Shown: positions 25,225-36,977 of the stretch, piece after piece
Layout of the letters: each line of letters starts with the position of its first letter
How positions within the stretch are numbered: the first letter of the stretch is position 1
Assembly (NCBI RefSeq): GCF_044647545.1
Contig: NZ_CP172818.1
DNA from: Escherichia coli
GTDB lineage: Bacteria > Pseudomonadota > Gammaproteobacteria > Enterobacterales > Enterobacteriaceae
Reading direction: 5' to 3' (one strand)
DNA: 64,000 bases
Notes under the pieces: generated by a model
Told to the model about the DNA's origin: nothing
Database searches by the model: none
The model's input: the letters and a program-made list of their open reading frames with translations, nothing else
Translations under genes and position numbers: made by a program

Positions 25225-25370
25225 TTATGGGGTACCTGCGGCCTTAAAATAACACCCAGACAACATCACAGAAATGTACCTGGATCATAATTGAAACAAA
25301 AAGGTTAAAAAGTTTGAGCTGGCTCGCACAAACCAGCACTTTTTAAAGTTTTGTAATCAGTTTGGGGTAG

Positions 25371-27359
25371 CTACTTTTCTTCCAGGTAACTCTCTTCGAA
25401 GATTTCAATAGGGAGTGGGCGAGCAAAAAGGAAGCCCTGGGCAATACCAACGCCCGCTTTTGCCAGCCAGTCGCGTTGTGCTTCAGTCTCCACGCCTTCG
25501 GCAATCATTTGTAAGTTCAGGCTTTGCGCCAACATGATAATTGCAGCAATCATGCTGCTATCTTCCGGCAAGCCTTCAACAAACATTTTGTCGATTTTTA
25601 ACACGTCGATTGGCAACGATTTCATATGCTGCAGCTGACGCAGCCCTGCGTAGCCCATGCCGAAATCATCCAGCGCCACCCGAACGCCGGCATTACGCAA
25701 CGGGCGGAGGATTGCCACCGCTGCATGAGGGTCGTCAATACGTCGGCTTTCTGTCACTTCCAGAATCAGTGTTCCCGGCTGAATGCGATAGCGGGTTAAC
25801 AGTTCCAGCATATCCGCTACCATATTCGGGTGCATCAGTTGCAGCGCTGAGAGGTTTACCGACAAGGGCAACATAATGCCGCGCTCTTGCCAGGCAGCCA
25901 GCAGTCGACAGGACTCTTCCAGCACCCAGTGACCGACGGTAACCATCAGCCCACAGCACTCAATGCGATCGATTAAGCCATCCGGCAGATCCCAACTGCC
26001 ATCCGGTTGCTGGATACGCAGTAACACTTCCGCACTGACCAGTTTACCGCTGGTCATCTCGACCTGTGGCTGTAACCAAATCGCAAACTGATGATTTTCC
26101 AGTGCATTAAGGATATCGCTCTCTTCCGTCAACCGCTGCTGGGCGGCTTCCATCTGCTGCGGATCAAAGAACTGAATCTGATTCTTACCTTTATGGCGAG
26201 CGGTAAATGCCGCAGAAATAGCGCGACTGTAAAGCTGTTCGGCGGTGAGATCGCCGTAGAACATCGCCACGCCAATGCTACAGTGCGGACGGAGTTGAAT
26301 ACGTTCAATCGGCAGGCGCTCGCTCATGATAGTGAGCACTTGCTGACCTAAAGTGATTGCGTGCCACGGTTCCTGTACACCATTGGCAATGACAGCAAAG
26401 TCATAACCACTAATCTGCGCGAGGATCATACGTGGCGACAGTACCGATTTGAGTTTTTCCACCAGCGTCAGCAGCAGAATTTCTCGTTGCGCCTCTTTCA
26501 GCACGCCCGCAGTATCACGCAGGGTTTCACAGGTGATGATCATCAGCGCGGTGGTTTGTTTACGCGCGACAACCTGCTCCAGCATCTCCATCAGCAAGGC
26601 TTTGTTCGGCAAATCCGACACCGGGAAGCGCATCGCGTTTTCGTTCTGTTCTTCATAATGGCGCTGCAGCAATTGCTGGTTGAGGTTGTAACTGCGCACC
26701 AGCATACCGATTTCATCGTCCTGATGCAGACGTGGTAATGCCAGTTGGTAACCAACAAGCTCCTGGGCTGGGATGGCGTTAAGTTCACGAGCAATATTGC
26801 GTAACGGATGCAAAATCAGGCGGTTAATGCACCAGCTAATCGCCACCGTCAATATTAACGACAAAAGTAAGTAAATGGTCACTAACGTTGAGAGGGTGCT
26901 CATCACGAACTTATACATGCGGAAGGAATCCGCCTGTAGCACCAGATAGGCAATTGGCTGCGGGTTTGCCGGACGTTCGAGCGAGTAGACACCCAGCGAG
27001 ATTTGAACCGGTAGCTCAAACAGGCGAGTAACCATTACCGGTAGCGGACGCTCTGGAATAAAACTTTTACGCAGCGCCTGGAACTGGTTAGGCAGCACTA
27101 CATCGGCACGGCTGACCACGCCTGCCGGTTTAATGCTGGCAAGAATAGCTTCCGCTTCGGGAATATCGCCTTTCAAAATGGCAGAAGATAAGGGTTCGCG
27201 GACAGAGCGAGCAATGCTTTCCAGTTGCGTAGCCGTGTTATAGCGATTCTGCTGGACCAGATGGAACAGCAAAACGGTGCAAAAAATAAAAACGAACACC
27301 AGGACAACGGCTGCCACCATTGCCATCTGCTTGATTGTTAACGAGCGACTTACGCGCAA
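25371..27359 (-). CDS. pdeK: Membrane-bound c-di-GMP phosphodiesterase PdeK/YhjK (HAMP-GGDEF-like-EAL), 662 aa
   Basis: N-terminal TM/periplasmic region followed by a degenerate GGDEF domain and an EAL domain, directly upstream of the bcs locus. Confidence 0.88.
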   Translation of the reverse strand: MRVSRSLTIKQMAMVAAVVLVFVFIFCTVLLFHLVQQNRYNTATQLESIARSVREPLSSAILKGDIPEAEAILASIKPAGVVSRADVVLPNQFQALRKSFIPERPLPVMVTRLFELPVQISLGVYSLERPANPQPIAYLVLQADSFRMYKFVMSTLSTLVTIYLLLSLILTVAISWCINRLILHPLRNIARELNAIPAQELVGYQLALPRLHQDDEIGMLVRSYNLNQQLLQRHYEEQNENAMRFPVSDLPNKALLMEMLEQVVARKQTTALMIITCETLRDTAGVLKEAQREILLLTLVEKLKSVLSPRMILAQISGYDFAVIANGVQEPWHAITLGQQVLTIMSERLPIERIQLRPHCSIGVAMFYGDLTAEQLYSRAISAAFTARHKGKNQIQFFDPQQMEAAQQRLTEESDILNALENHQFAIWLQPQVEMTSGKLVSAEVLLRIQQPDGSWDLPDGLIDRIECCGLMVTVGHWVLEESCRLLAAWQERGIMLPLSVNLSALQLMHPNMVADMLELLTRYRIQPGTLILEVTESRRIDDPHAAVAILRPLRNAGVRVALDDFGMGYAGLRQLQHMKSLPIDVLKIDKMFVEGLPEDSSMIAAIIMLAQSLNLQMIAEGVETEAQRDWLAKAGVGIAQGFLFARPLPIEIFEESYLEEK

Positions 27360-27440
27360 ATTGTCTCCCCCCGGAAATCCCAGATTGCCGCCCGAGTATA
27401 CCCGATCGCAGCGGCATTAAGAGAGGCGCTATCTGAAAAC

Positions 27441-30400
27441 TTACCAGTCGGCGTAAGGTATCAGCGGCTGCGGCGGTAAATCCATGTCACCCTGCCATCC
27501 GGCGGCGGAATAACGTACGTAGAGCAGGAAATGGCTGGGTGCGTAATCTTTCGCCTGCTGGATATCAATTGCCGTGCCGACAAACCAGTTGGAAGTAACA
27601 CGTCGTTCAAGTAATGCCCGCGCCGTATAGCCGAAGCCCTGACTGCTGCCGCCATCGTTGGATTGCCGCGCAGCTTCTTCCTGCCAGTCGGTCGGGATCA
27701 GATTCATCAGCGGATAACGCGGCATGGTTTTGGTGCGTGAATGCGACCACGAGCCAGACGCCCCCAGCTCCCACGACCAGTTTTCCGTCCGCTCCCGCCA
27801 CATCACCGGTATGGCAAACGACAGGTATTCCTGCGGGCTGTAGTAACCGCCCTGACCAAGTGAGTAGCCACTCAGGTCTTTGTCGTAATGCCAGATCATA
27901 TTGTTAAGACCAATGGTCACACGGCGATTATTCTGGTTGATGATCTTATAGTAATAGCCCGTCATCCAGCGCACGCGCCAGTTATCTTCGACATTTTTAC
28001 CGGTTAACTGGTCACCGCTAAGCGATGCCCAGACGCCGTTTGCTTCACCTTTATCGTAGCTCAGGCTTAGCCCCACGCCGTCGGCACGCACGCCGCCCCA
28101 TTTTTTCCCGGTATTGCTCGGAGAGTCTTTTTGCCCACCAAAGGCCAGCAAAGAACTGGAGATGGGCCGACGGTGGGCGTTAACGGTGTAACCCAGCGGC
28201 CCGATATCATCGCTGTAACTGATGCCGCCAACCACATCCACCACGTTGAAGCCCATCGGCGTGGTACCGATATCCCAGCTCCAGACGTCATTTCGCCAGC
28301 CGACCGCCACGCTGGCACCGGAATCCGACTGGCTGCGGTTGCCGCTACAATCCTGTAATGTACAGGTGCCCCAGTTGTCATCCCATTTACCATCGGCATT
28401 AGTGGAGAAACTGCCGACGTTCATATTGACGAAATCACTGCGAAAGAACATCCGCCCGTCAGAATACGGCGCGTCCACCTGCAACATAGTGGTGTGCGCT
28501 TTCAGATCGGAATAACCACCGGTGCCGCTCGAACCCCAGTAATCATGCTCAAGGGTGACGTTAAGATCCTGCTGGCGATAGAGGTCCGCCGCATCGCTGC
28601 GCACGCCGCGTTTCAGCCAGTCATCTTTCTCGTCGTTACGGGTCAGTCGGGTAAAGGTGTCGTTATCCTGCGGACGCGTCGTGGTCACACCGGATGCGAC
28701 CATCGCGTCTTTGTAGGTTTCCAGCGCCTGCTTTGGATCGCCCGCCTGCGCTTCAAACTTCGCACCGTCGCGCAGCACCATCGCGCTTTCCATCGACGGT
28801 GGCTGAGATTTTGCCTGCGGGATCAACTTATTAAACGTCTGCTGCGCCGCTGCGGTATCGACAAGCTGTGCCTGCACCAGCGCCACGCGCCGCTGAGTGT
28901 TCAGCGAGGCGTTATCGGTGGCGGGAAGTTTCGCCAGTTGACTGCGCGCCGCGGCTTTGTCGCCTGCGGCAATATCCACTTCCGTCAGGCCAAGAATGGC
29001 ATCGGCGTTATTCGACTCCCGCGCCAGCACATTCTGATACGCCGTGCGGGCGGCGGTGTAATCGCGTCGCTGTTGTGCCCAGTCAGCCAGCGTAAGATCA
29101 ATGCGCGTGGAAGGCGGTTGCTGGCGTAGCATCGCCTCCGCATCCTGTTCTTTGCCACTGTCACGCAGGCGATTAGCCGTTTCCAGAATCTGATCGCTTT
29201 GCAGTCGATTAACCAGCTCCTGAATATTGCTGTTCCATTGCGCGCGCGGCAGGCTGTTGATATGCGCCAGCGCCGCTCTGTCCTGGTCATGACCAGAGAG
29301 ATACAGCCCGTAAGCGTAAACCTGCTCCGGGTCGTTCGGCTTCTGCTGTGCCAGATTGCGCATTAATGTATCAGCCTGGCTGCGTTGTCCGGCCTGCCAG
29401 AGATCCTGCGAAAGTCGGTAAGTAATCCATACGCTGCCGGGATCCAGCGCCAGTCGTTGCCGCTGAAGTGCTGCCGCCTGCGCCCATTTGCCCTGGTTTT
29501 CCAGTGCCTCTGCCTGCTGTGCCAGACGGTCGTTTTGTAGGCTGCGTTCGATATCATCAATGCTACGCCGCTGACTGGCAGAGAGCGAGGCGATAAACGC
29601 TTCAGCTTTTTCTGGCGATTGCTGGCGGTAAATATTCGCCAGCCCGCGCACGGCGTTAGTGTTGCCGCTGTCCATACGCAGGGTCTGCTGATAATAGCGT
29701 TCAGCGGCGGGGTAATCTTTGCGCGCCATCGCCACATCGCCCAGCCCCAGCACTGCATAGCTGTCGGTGTTATCGACATTACGCGCCTGCTGGAACAGGC
29801 GTTCTGCCCGGTCAGGATTATTGGCTTTCAGCGCAGCATCGCCCTGCTGGATCGCCAGCCAGTAGCGGTTTACTTTCAGCAGACTGTTCCATTTGTCGTT
29901 GTTGCTGCTGTGCGGATCCAGTGCGAGGGCTTTTTCCAGATTCGCCACCGCATTGGCGCGATCGCCTTTCTGAGAATACGCCTGGCCCAGCGCCCCCAGA
30001 GCCTCACTGTCTTTCGGGTTCGCCCGCACCGCCTGTTGTAGTTCGGGAATGGCTTTACCCGCCATGCCAGAGTCCACCGCCGCTAAACCTTGCGCACGAG
30101 CGCGGAAAGCAGGGTCGGCCAGCTGTTTTTGCTGTTCTGCCAGTTGCGATTGCGCAGCCGCTACGCTATCGCCATCGCTAAAGATCGAGAGATATTTTTT
30201 CAGTGCCTGAACGCTGGCATCGCTGACGGGCATGTCTTTAATCTGCCCGTACCAGATTTTAGAGGCCCCCTCGCGTCCGGCGTTCGATTTCGCCATTTGT
30301 TCCAGAACGGCAAAACCTTCGTCACGGCGATCGCTACTAAACAGTAATAGCGCCAGATTGTTTTGCAGGCCCGTGTTGCCCGGCGTATCCGCATTAATGC

Positions 30401-30914
30401 GTTTTAGCTGATTAATCGCTTCGCCACGGCGGGCCGGAATTTTCGCCACCGTACTCCAGTACTCGACAGCAATGTCACCTTCCGGCGGCGCACCGTTGAA
30501 CAGTTTGTTGTAACTCGCCACAGCTTCTTCCGCATGACCGGTAGTTGCCTGCAATCTTGCCTGTTGCAGTGCCTGACGACCATCCGGCGTGGAAAGCAGC
30601 ATCGTAGTCCGCGACGATTTATACGCATTTGAACTCGGCGCTAACTGCGACAGCCGATCGAGCTGTTTTTGTGCGCCATCAATATCGCCCTGACGTAACA
30701 GAGAACGAAAACGGGCGGCAACGACGTCCGGGTTATTCGGATCAATAAGTTCCAGACGATACAACGACTGTTGCACCAGGTCTTCACGATGGGTCGCTTC
30801 GCCTAACCGAACTTGCTCCAGCAACTGTTGCTGAGCGGTTGGTGCTGCCTCGACCATCGGCATGACGGCCAGACCGAGGGAAAGCGTGAATATGTTTAGT
30901 GTGAATTTGCGCAT
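27441..30914 (-). CDS. bcsC: Cellulose synthase subunit C (TPR-rich periplasmic domain plus outer-membrane beta-barrel), 1157 aa
   Basis: 1157-aa ORF with signal peptide, multiple TPR repeats and a C-terminal barrel; last gene of bcsRQABZC. Confidence 0.93.
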   Translation of the reverse strand: MRKFTLNIFTLSLGLAVMPMVEAAPTAQQQLLEQVRLGEATHREDLVQQSLYRLELIDPNNPDVVAARFRSLLRQGDIDGAQKQLDRLSQLAPSSNAYKSSRTTMLLSTPDGRQALQQARLQATTGHAEEAVASYNKLFNGAPPEGDIAVEYWSTVAKIPARRGEAINQLKRINADTPGNTGLQNNLALLLFSSDRRDEGFAVLEQMAKSNAGREGASKIWYGQIKDMPVSDASVQALKKYLSIFSDGDSVAAAQSQLAEQQKQLADPAFRARAQGLAAVDSGMAGKAIPELQQAVRANPKDSEALGALGQAYSQKGDRANAVANLEKALALDPHSSNNDKWNSLLKVNRYWLAIQQGDAALKANNPDRAERLFQQARNVDNTDSYAVLGLGDVAMARKDYPAAERYYQQTLRMDSGNTNAVRGLANIYRQQSPEKAEAFIASLSASQRRSIDDIERSLQNDRLAQQAEALENQGKWAQAAALQRQRLALDPGSVWITYRLSQDLWQAGQRSQADTLMRNLAQQKPNDPEQVYAYGLYLSGHDQDRAALAHINSLPRAQWNSNIQELVNRLQSDQILETANRLRDSGKEQDAEAMLRQQPPSTRIDLTLADWAQQRRDYTAARTAYQNVLARESNNADAILGLTEVDIAAGDKAAARSQLAKLPATDNASLNTQRRVALVQAQLVDTAAAQQTFNKLIPQAKSQPPSMESAMVLRDGAKFEAQAGDPKQALETYKDAMVASGVTTTRPQDNDTFTRLTRNDEKDDWLKRGVRSDAADLYRQQDLNVTLEHDYWGSSGTGGYSDLKAHTTMLQVDAPYSDGRMFFRSDFVNMNVGSFSTNADGKWDDNWGTCTLQDCSGNRSQSDSGASVAVGWRNDVWSWDIGTTPMGFNVVDVVGGISYSDDIGPLGYTVNAHRRPISSSLLAFGGQKDSPSNTGKKWGGVRADGVGLSLSYDKGEANGVWASLSGDQLTGKNVEDNWRVRWMTGYYYKIINQNNRRVTIGLNNMIWHYDKDLSGYSLGQGGYYSPQEYLSFAIPVMWRERTENWSWELGASGSWSHSRTKTMPRYPLMNLIPTDWQEEAARQSNDGGSSQGFGYTARALLERRVTSNWFVGTAIDIQQAKDYAPSHFLLYVRYSAAGWQGDMDLPPQPLIPYADW

Positions 30915-32002
30915 TCCTGGCCCCAGTCAGGTAATAACTCACCTTTTGTCGAGAAGCGGAAACGGTGTTGATCCCAGCCTTGTCCAAACAGGGTCAGCAC
31001 ATAGTTGTAATAGGCATCGCTGCCGGGAAAGTTATCGGCCACGCGCTGGCGCTGAACGGCCTGTGCATCGCGGTTTTGTAAAAAGGGCAGCATGGCGGCA
31101 GAAAAACCGACCGGTCCTTTACCCTGCGCTTTCCCCGTAGCCACATCCACTTTTTCTGGCGGATAGCCGTTTTTCTCGGTGAATGTCGCCATCGGTTTAA
31201 ACCGGTTGAGCATCCGCGCTTTTTGCGGATCGCTGTCAGGCATCATGCCTACCCACATGTAAACGCGGATCGCGTCGTAGCTGCTGATCAATGTTTTTTC
31301 GGCTTTTAGCTGCCAGCCTTTGTCTTTCTCATAGCGCACCCAGTCTGGCGAAAAGCCTTTCGGGGCGGTTTCCAGCAATAAACGTTGATTGGTTTCGCGC
31401 AGCGTAGTCCACGGCGCGCCAAAGCGGGTGAAATACTGCGCCAGCGTCGGCGGCAGGTAGCTGGGGTTAAAACGCCAGCTGTTATCCTCTGCAAATCCCA
31501 CTTTGCCCGGCAACAACATGGAACCCAGCCCAGGCACCGTCACCACTTCCTCCCGCGCAATACGTTTTAACAACGCGCTGCCAATGTCGGTATAACGCTG
31601 CTCTTTCCACAAACGCCCCGCCTCCAGCAACGACCAGGCCATCCAGACATCACCATCGGAGGCCGAATTGCTGTCCAGCACTTCCCACTTACTGTTCTCT
31701 TTCTTGCCCCACAGCCATGCGGGCAAACGTTCTTTTAAAGAACCCTGAGCGAGATTGTTCTGCGTCCAGTCGAGAATATTATCGAAAGCTGCACGGTCGT
31801 TAGCCGCCAGGGCAAAGAACATGCCGTAACTTTGCCCTTCGGAAGTGGTGATTTTACGCGCGTCACTTGGGTCAATGACGCGCCCTTCCTGACTGATGTA
31901 ATCCTTTTTGAACTGCTCCCAGGCAGGCCAGTTGCAGGCTGCCTGAACACTAAAGGCAGCCAGCAGCAGCATCGTCACGAGTCCACTACGCAACACATTC
32001 AT
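30896..32002 (-). CDS. bcsZ: Endo-1,4-beta-glucanase BcsZ (GH8), 368 aa
   Basis: ORF 30896..32008 begins at TTG; trimmed to the ATG at 32000-32002 ([22 protein letters not shown]). The 3' end overlaps the bcsC start by 19 bp. Confidence 0.92.
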   Translation of the reverse strand: MNVLRSGLVTMLLLAAFSVQAACNWPAWEQFKKDYISQEGRVIDPSDARKITTSEGQSYGMFFALAANDRAAFDNILDWTQNNLAQGSLKERLPAWLWGKKENSKWEVLDSNSASDGDVWMAWSLLEAGRLWKEQRYTDIGSALLKRIAREEVVTVPGLGSMLLPGKVGFAEDNSWRFNPSYLPPTLAQYFTRFGAPWTTLRETNQRLLLETAPKGFSPDWVRYEKDKGWQLKAEKTLISSYDAIRVYMWVGMMPDSDPQKARMLNRFKPMATFTEKNGYPPEKVDVATGKAQGKGPVGFSAAMLPFLQNRDAQAVQRQRVADNFPGSDAYYNYVLTLFGQGWDQHRFRFSTKGELLPDWGQECANSH

Positions 32003-32008
32003 CTTCAA

Positions 32009-34348
32009 TTACTCGTTATCCGGGTTAAGACGACGACGGCTGATAATACGCAGCAAACGCCACAGTACCCATGCCAGCAGCACGACGCTGATTGCCGCCA
32101 GCACCGCCAGCAGAATCGGATGGTTTGCCAGGGCATACCATAAGCGTTCGAACCACGGCAGATGGCCAACGTAATAGACGTCGCCAACGCGTAGGCTATT
32201 GATACCGGACTCGCGGATCACCGCGACCGAACCGAACATGGTGGCGCGTTTGCCGCTATCGTTCACCGCATCGTTAAGCATTTCATAACCGCGTGGGCTA
32301 TCTGCCAGCAGCGCAATCACGCTACGCTGGTCGTTATACGGCGACTGGAAGCCAATCACCGCTGCCATCGCACCGGAAGAGGTCAGCGTTGACTGAGTTT
32401 CTGCCGCGCGATCGCTCTCGTCCGGTACAATGCCGGGGAACGGGGTCTGGCGCATCGGCGTTTTCACCCAGCTTTCGGTCGCCTGCACCAACAGATCGAT
32501 CTGCTTATCGTCTTTCAGTTTGTCCGGGATACCACCGACGATCATGATGTCGGCATCTTTGCCCTGAATGGTGCTGCCATCATCGGTCACCGTCAGGTTA
32601 ATCGCCGGGAAGCCCGTCTGCGCACCGATAAAGCCAACGGTATTCAGCAAGGTTTCCATCTGTGCTTCGTTAGGCGCTTTCGGCATCACGGTGATGGTTT
32701 GTGACAGATCCGCCATCCGGCTGAACGGGAAGCCCGCGTTAGCAAAGGCGCGTAGATCCGGCATCGGAATGAAGTGGTAATACTTCGAGAAGTCGATGGT
32801 GGAATCATCACCAATCACCACATGATTCTGCACCGGCTGGAAGGTAATGCAGTTATCCACCGAACCGCCCGGCATCGGGTTCATATACTCAAAGTCAAAG
32901 CGCAGCTGGTTGGTCGCGCCCAGTTTCAGCGCCGGAATAGAGACATCCGTTTTGCCATCCAGCAAACCTTGTAATACCGGAATCCGCAGCAGCAGGCGGT
33001 TCGCCTCCTGTTTACTGCTCAGGTTGAAGGATTGCAGGAACTGGTTATTCAGGCTGATATCCATCCGCGAACTGTCTTTCACCGGCGGCATGGTGTAGCG
33101 ATAGTTGATATCCATATCAATGCCGGTACTGCGCATCAGGTAGAGATCCGGCGGCAGATTTAGCGAAACGTTAATCGCTGCTGGCTCAAGACCGCTGGAT
33201 TGTAACTGTTCTTCATAGGTTTTCAGTTCACCAAAGGTGACCGGACGATCGGTACGCACCCAGTTCGGCGCATCGTACGGCTTACGCGGTAGCAGCGGTT
33301 TCACTTCATTCACTACCACGCTTTCACCACGGAACAGAATGTTACCCTGAGCGATACCTTTCGCTGCCTGCAACAGGTCTTTGTCGTCACGACCAAACAC
33401 CACCAGCAGTTTGACGTAAGGATTCTGCGGATGGTTGATCATCTCAATCACCGGGGCTTTTACCGCCGGATGATCGTGCAGGAAGTCCGGGCGTTTGTCA
33501 TTAGTGGCAAAAACAATGGCATTGCGATTCGGCAGTTGGTTATAGAGCACCGGGAAATTCTGCCCACGCCAGCCAGAACGCGAACCAAACCACGAGGCGA
33601 CAATAGCTGATGCTTGTTGCAATCCAGTATCTGGCGTACCCGCAAAGACCATCGGCAAGGTGTTGGTGCGGTTATCACGCGGGTCAAAGAATGGTACCGG
33701 GAAGTGTGACAGGTCATTCTTCACATTCAGGGTCTGATAGGTCAAATCCAGTCCACTGCTCCGCCCAACATCCAGCCAAAGCGTGGTGCTGGCCGGGTTT
33801 TCGCACACGTCCTGATAATGGCCGACAAACTCCAGCCGCACACGGTTGAAGTCGGTAATAAACAGTGGGTTAATGGGCATTTGCGCCAGCGTTTTTTTAC
33901 CCAACTGTTCTTTGGTCACTGGCAGCACGCCCATCAGCTCATCATTGAGATAAACCTTTAACTGCGACTGGACAGGCAGTAACGATGGCGATGGCGTGTA
34001 TTCGAGGTTGAGCATCGCCTTCGTCACCACTTCATCGCTGCGCATACCAAACTCAATGCTGCCGTTCGGGTTAATGCCACGTAGCACCATGCTGCCCGGC
34101 GGCGGCGCGATTTGCGCAAAGGTCAGCTTCACATCACGCGAAGGACCGTTCTGCGCCACGATGGGGGCATCAGCGCCCTGCACGCCTGGCATCACTTGCC
34201 CCACCTGCGGATTTTGTTCCGTCTGGGCGGCTACAGCTGGCTCAGCATTGATCAGTGGTTGCGTTGCTGGCGTCGCCTGCGTCATGAAAGAGGGGAACGC
34301 ACTCATCCCCATAGCCACTGCACAAATCCAGAATAGTTTTCTTTTCAT
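32009..34348 (-). CDS. bcsB: Cellulose synthase periplasmic subunit BcsB (779 aa)
   Basis: ORF 32009..34435 trimmed to MKRKLFWICAVAMGMSAF at 34346-34348. Confidence 0.93.
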   Translation of the reverse strand: MKRKLFWICAVAMGMSAFPSFMTQATPATQPLINAEPAVAAQTEQNPQVGQVMPGVQGADAPIVAQNGPSRDVKLTFAQIAPPPGSMVLRGINPNGSIEFGMRSDEVVTKAMLNLEYTPSPSLLPVQSQLKVYLNDELMGVLPVTKEQLGKKTLAQMPINPLFITDFNRVRLEFVGHYQDVCENPASTTLWLDVGRSSGLDLTYQTLNVKNDLSHFPVPFFDPRDNRTNTLPMVFAGTPDTGLQQASAIVASWFGSRSGWRGQNFPVLYNQLPNRNAIVFATNDKRPDFLHDHPAVKAPVIEMINHPQNPYVKLLVVFGRDDKDLLQAAKGIAQGNILFRGESVVVNEVKPLLPRKPYDAPNWVRTDRPVTFGELKTYEEQLQSSGLEPAAINVSLNLPPDLYLMRSTGIDMDINYRYTMPPVKDSSRMDISLNNQFLQSFNLSSKQEANRLLLRIPVLQGLLDGKTDVSIPALKLGATNQLRFDFEYMNPMPGGSVDNCITFQPVQNHVVIGDDSTIDFSKYYHFIPMPDLRAFANAGFPFSRMADLSQTITVMPKAPNEAQMETLLNTVGFIGAQTGFPAINLTVTDDGSTIQGKDADIMIVGGIPDKLKDDKQIDLLVQATESWVKTPMRQTPFPGIVPDESDRAAETQSTLTSSGAMAAVIGFQSPYNDQRSVIALLADSPRGYEMLNDAVNDSGKRATMFGSVAVIRESGINSLRVGDVYYVGHLPWFERLWYALANHPILLAVLAAISVVLLAWVLWRLLRIISRRRLNPDNE

Positions 34349-34358
34349 CGCGTTATCA

Positions 34359-36977
34359 TCATTGTTGAGCCAAAGCCTGATCCGATGGTTGTGCCGTTTC
34401 GCTCCGCTCCGGGCGGCGCGGAATAAACGATACAACCCAGGAAACCAGAGAAGTCAGCACACGGAATATGCCCTTCACCGAAGAAGGCGCAAACTCCGCC
34501 AGATGGCGGTAGCCACGGAAGCCGAGCTTCAGAATATCCAGCAGACTTTCCAGCGGCTTATCTTCCGGATAGCTGTCCTGCCAGAGCGCCCATGTATCCG
34601 CACGGGCAAACGTACACTGCACAAAATCGATATGTTGCTGGGTGGTGAGCGGCATTAATTTCAGCCCAACTTCATTACCCATCACGCGCGCCACCTGGGT
34701 CGGGAAGACGTATTCCTGCTGACCGCGTTTAAGCAACAGATTCACTTTCTGCCCTTCCAGAATCTGCGCCTGACCGTTGATCTTGATCCCCAAACCACCG
34801 TCGGAGAAATCCTGAACGGTACACGAGAAGAGGTGACCATCTTCGCGGGCAATTGCCGCGGGCATCGTCATCTCCACGCGGTGCGATCGGCGTACCTGTT
34901 TGCTTTCTACCGATACCGCAACTGCGCCGCCAAGAACAATCAGGTTGTAGAATACCCACACCATACTGACGACCACGGTGAGCATCTCGGTTGGCGGGCC
35001 ATAGAAGTAGCGCCAGATGCCTACCGCAACGCCCACCAGGTTGAGCAGAACAAGGAAGATGTAGGGCCGCGAGATCACCCAGTCGACGTACTCTTCTTCC
35101 ACCAGTCCACCTTTGGCGGTGACGTTAAATTTGCCTTTGTGCGGGTTAATCAGCGCCACCAGCGTCGGTGGTGCGATATACCACGCCAGCACCGTTTCGT
35201 AGATTTCACTCCAGAAAGAGTGGCGATATTTGCCCTGGATCTTCGAGTTGGTCAGGCTGGCATGAATCATATGCGGCAGCACGAACAGGGCGATCATCAA
35301 CGCTGGCGCATAGATGATGTAGGCATGCAGCAGCAGGAACGCCAGCGGCGCAGTCAGGAAGATCAGTCGTGGAATGCCCGACAAGAAGTGGAACATGGCG
35401 TTGACATAGCACAGCCGCTGAGCAAACTTCAGCCCTTTACCGGTGAGCGGGTTATCGAGACGGAAGATTTGCACCATCCCGCGCGCCCAGCGAATACGCT
35501 GACCGATATGCGCCGACAGACTTTCGGTCGCCAGCCCCGCCGCCTGCGGAATACGCATATATGCAGAGGTGTAGCCACGACGGTGCAAACGCAGAGAAGT
35601 ATGCGCATCTTCGGTTACCGTTTCGACAGCAATGCCGCCAATCTCATCCAGCGGCTTACGGCGAATCACCGCACATGAACCGCAGAAGAAGGTGGCGTCC
35701 CACATATCGTTGCCATCCTGCACCAGACCATAGAACAGCGTACCTTCGTTCGGTGTTTTACGGAAACGTCCCAGGTTGCGTTCAAACGGGTCCGGTGAGA
35801 AGAAGTGGTGCGGCGTCTGCATCATCGCCAGTTGTTTTTCTTTCAGGAACCAGCCCATGGTCATTTGCAGGAACGATCGCGTTGGTACGTGGTCGCAGTC
35901 GAAAATCGACACGAACTCGCCTTTGGCATATTTCAGCGCATTGTTGATGTTGCCCGCTTTCGCATGTTCATGAGTGGTACGGGCGATATATTTCACCCCC
36001 ACGTTTTGCGCAAACTGGCGAAACTCTTCCCTGCCGCCGTCATCAAGGATCCAAATGTTCAGCTTGTCTTTCGGCCAGTCGATACCCAGCGAGGCGTAAA
36101 TCGTATTTTTCACCACGTTGAGATCTTCGTTGTAAGTCGGGACAAAGATATCCACCGACGGCCACAGCGACATATCTTTCGGCAATGGCACCGGCTGACG
36201 ATTCAGCGGCCATACCACCTGGAAGTAACCGAGCACCAGCACAATCCACGCGTACGTTTCGGCGAACAGCAGAATAAGCCCGCACACCAGGCTGACCGGA
36301 TCGTCCCAGTTCAGCGTAGAGGTGTAGCGCCACCAGATATAACGGCAAGAAACGGTCAGCGACAGCACAATCAACATTAGCGCCGAGAAGCGCCCCGGCA
36401 TCCGCCGTACGATCAGCGCTACACCCCACAGCAGCATCAGGAAGATAAACTGCGCCAGCGGGTTAAACGGCTGGGTAACGCAGATTAACGCCAGAATCAG
36501 CGAGAAGGTGACGATGATACCGAGGATCAACCGCCGCGCCCCGGCGCTCAAATGGCCGAGTTCTTTTTTCTCATCGAGATGCTGTGTTTTATGGCTAACG
36601 CGCTCAGGCAGCTCGTTCATCCATTGATGGTAACGTCCACGAATATTCTGCAGACCTGAAAATGTCCGCCTGCGCGGTTTCGGCGTTTCTTTGCGCGATG
36701 TACCGATCAGTAACCAGCATGTTTGAATGAGATAACGGACCGGGTCCAGCGGACGCGGACGCGAGGCGTTGATATGCGGATACAGGTTTTTATGTTCTGC
36801 GCGAATACGCTGCCAGCGCGGGTGCTCCAGCGGAATAAAAATCCAGGCCAGGATCAACCAAAAACAGCCGAGCGTCGCGCTGAAAGCCGACGCACCGTGA
36901 CGACGATAATCGCGATAACGCCCGATAAGCCGCGCGTTGACCGGCGGGATAAGCAACCACCGGGTCAGGATACTCAT
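34359..36977 (-). CDS. bcsA: Cellulose synthase catalytic subunit BcsA (GT2 plus PilZ), 872 aa
   Basis: ORF 34359..37025 trimmed to MSILTRWLLIPPVNARL at 36975-36977. GT2 motifs (DDG, DCDH, QRIRWARG) and a C-terminal PilZ region are visible. Confidence 0.95.
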   Translation of the reverse strand: MSILTRWLLIPPVNARLIGRYRDYRRHGASAFSATLGCFWLILAWIFIPLEHPRWQRIRAEHKNLYPHINASRPRPLDPVRYLIQTCWLLIGTSRKETPKPRRRTFSGLQNIRGRYHQWMNELPERVSHKTQHLDEKKELGHLSAGARRLILGIIVTFSLILALICVTQPFNPLAQFIFLMLLWGVALIVRRMPGRFSALMLIVLSLTVSCRYIWWRYTSTLNWDDPVSLVCGLILLFAETYAWIVLVLGYFQVVWPLNRQPVPLPKDMSLWPSVDIFVPTYNEDLNVVKNTIYASLGIDWPKDKLNIWILDDGGREEFRQFAQNVGVKYIARTTHEHAKAGNINNALKYAKGEFVSIFDCDHVPTRSFLQMTMGWFLKEKQLAMMQTPHHFFSPDPFERNLGRFRKTPNEGTLFYGLVQDGNDMWDATFFCGSCAVIRRKPLDEIGGIAVETVTEDAHTSLRLHRRGYTSAYMRIPQAAGLATESLSAHIGQRIRWARGMVQIFRLDNPLTGKGLKFAQRLCYVNAMFHFLSGIPRLIFLTAPLAFLLLHAYIIYAPALMIALFVLPHMIHASLTNSKIQGKYRHSFWSEIYETVLAWYIAPPTLVALINPHKGKFNVTAKGGLVEEEYVDWVISRPYIFLVLLNLVGVAVGIWRYFYGPPTEMLTVVVSMVWVFYNLIVLGGAVAVSVESKQVRRSHRVEMTMPAAIAREDGHLFSCTVQDFSDGGLGIKINGQAQILEGQKVNLLLKRGQQEYVFPTQVARVMGNEVGLKLMPLTTQQHIDFVQCTFARADTWALWQDSYPEDKPLESLLDILKLGFRGYRHLAEFAPSSVKGIFRVLTSLVSWVVSFIPRRPERSETAQPSDQALAQQ

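Noticed and set aside
28494-29129. 211-aa Arg-rich antisense ORF inside bcsC, and similar ones at 29619..30041 and 34833..35678 (inside bcsA), 35805..36380, 56979..58031 (inside bisC) and 18671..19258 (inside yhjG)
   Set aside because: Arg/His/Cys-rich translations typical of the reverse strand of GC-rich coding sequence; each is fully contained in a strongly supported gene on the other strand.
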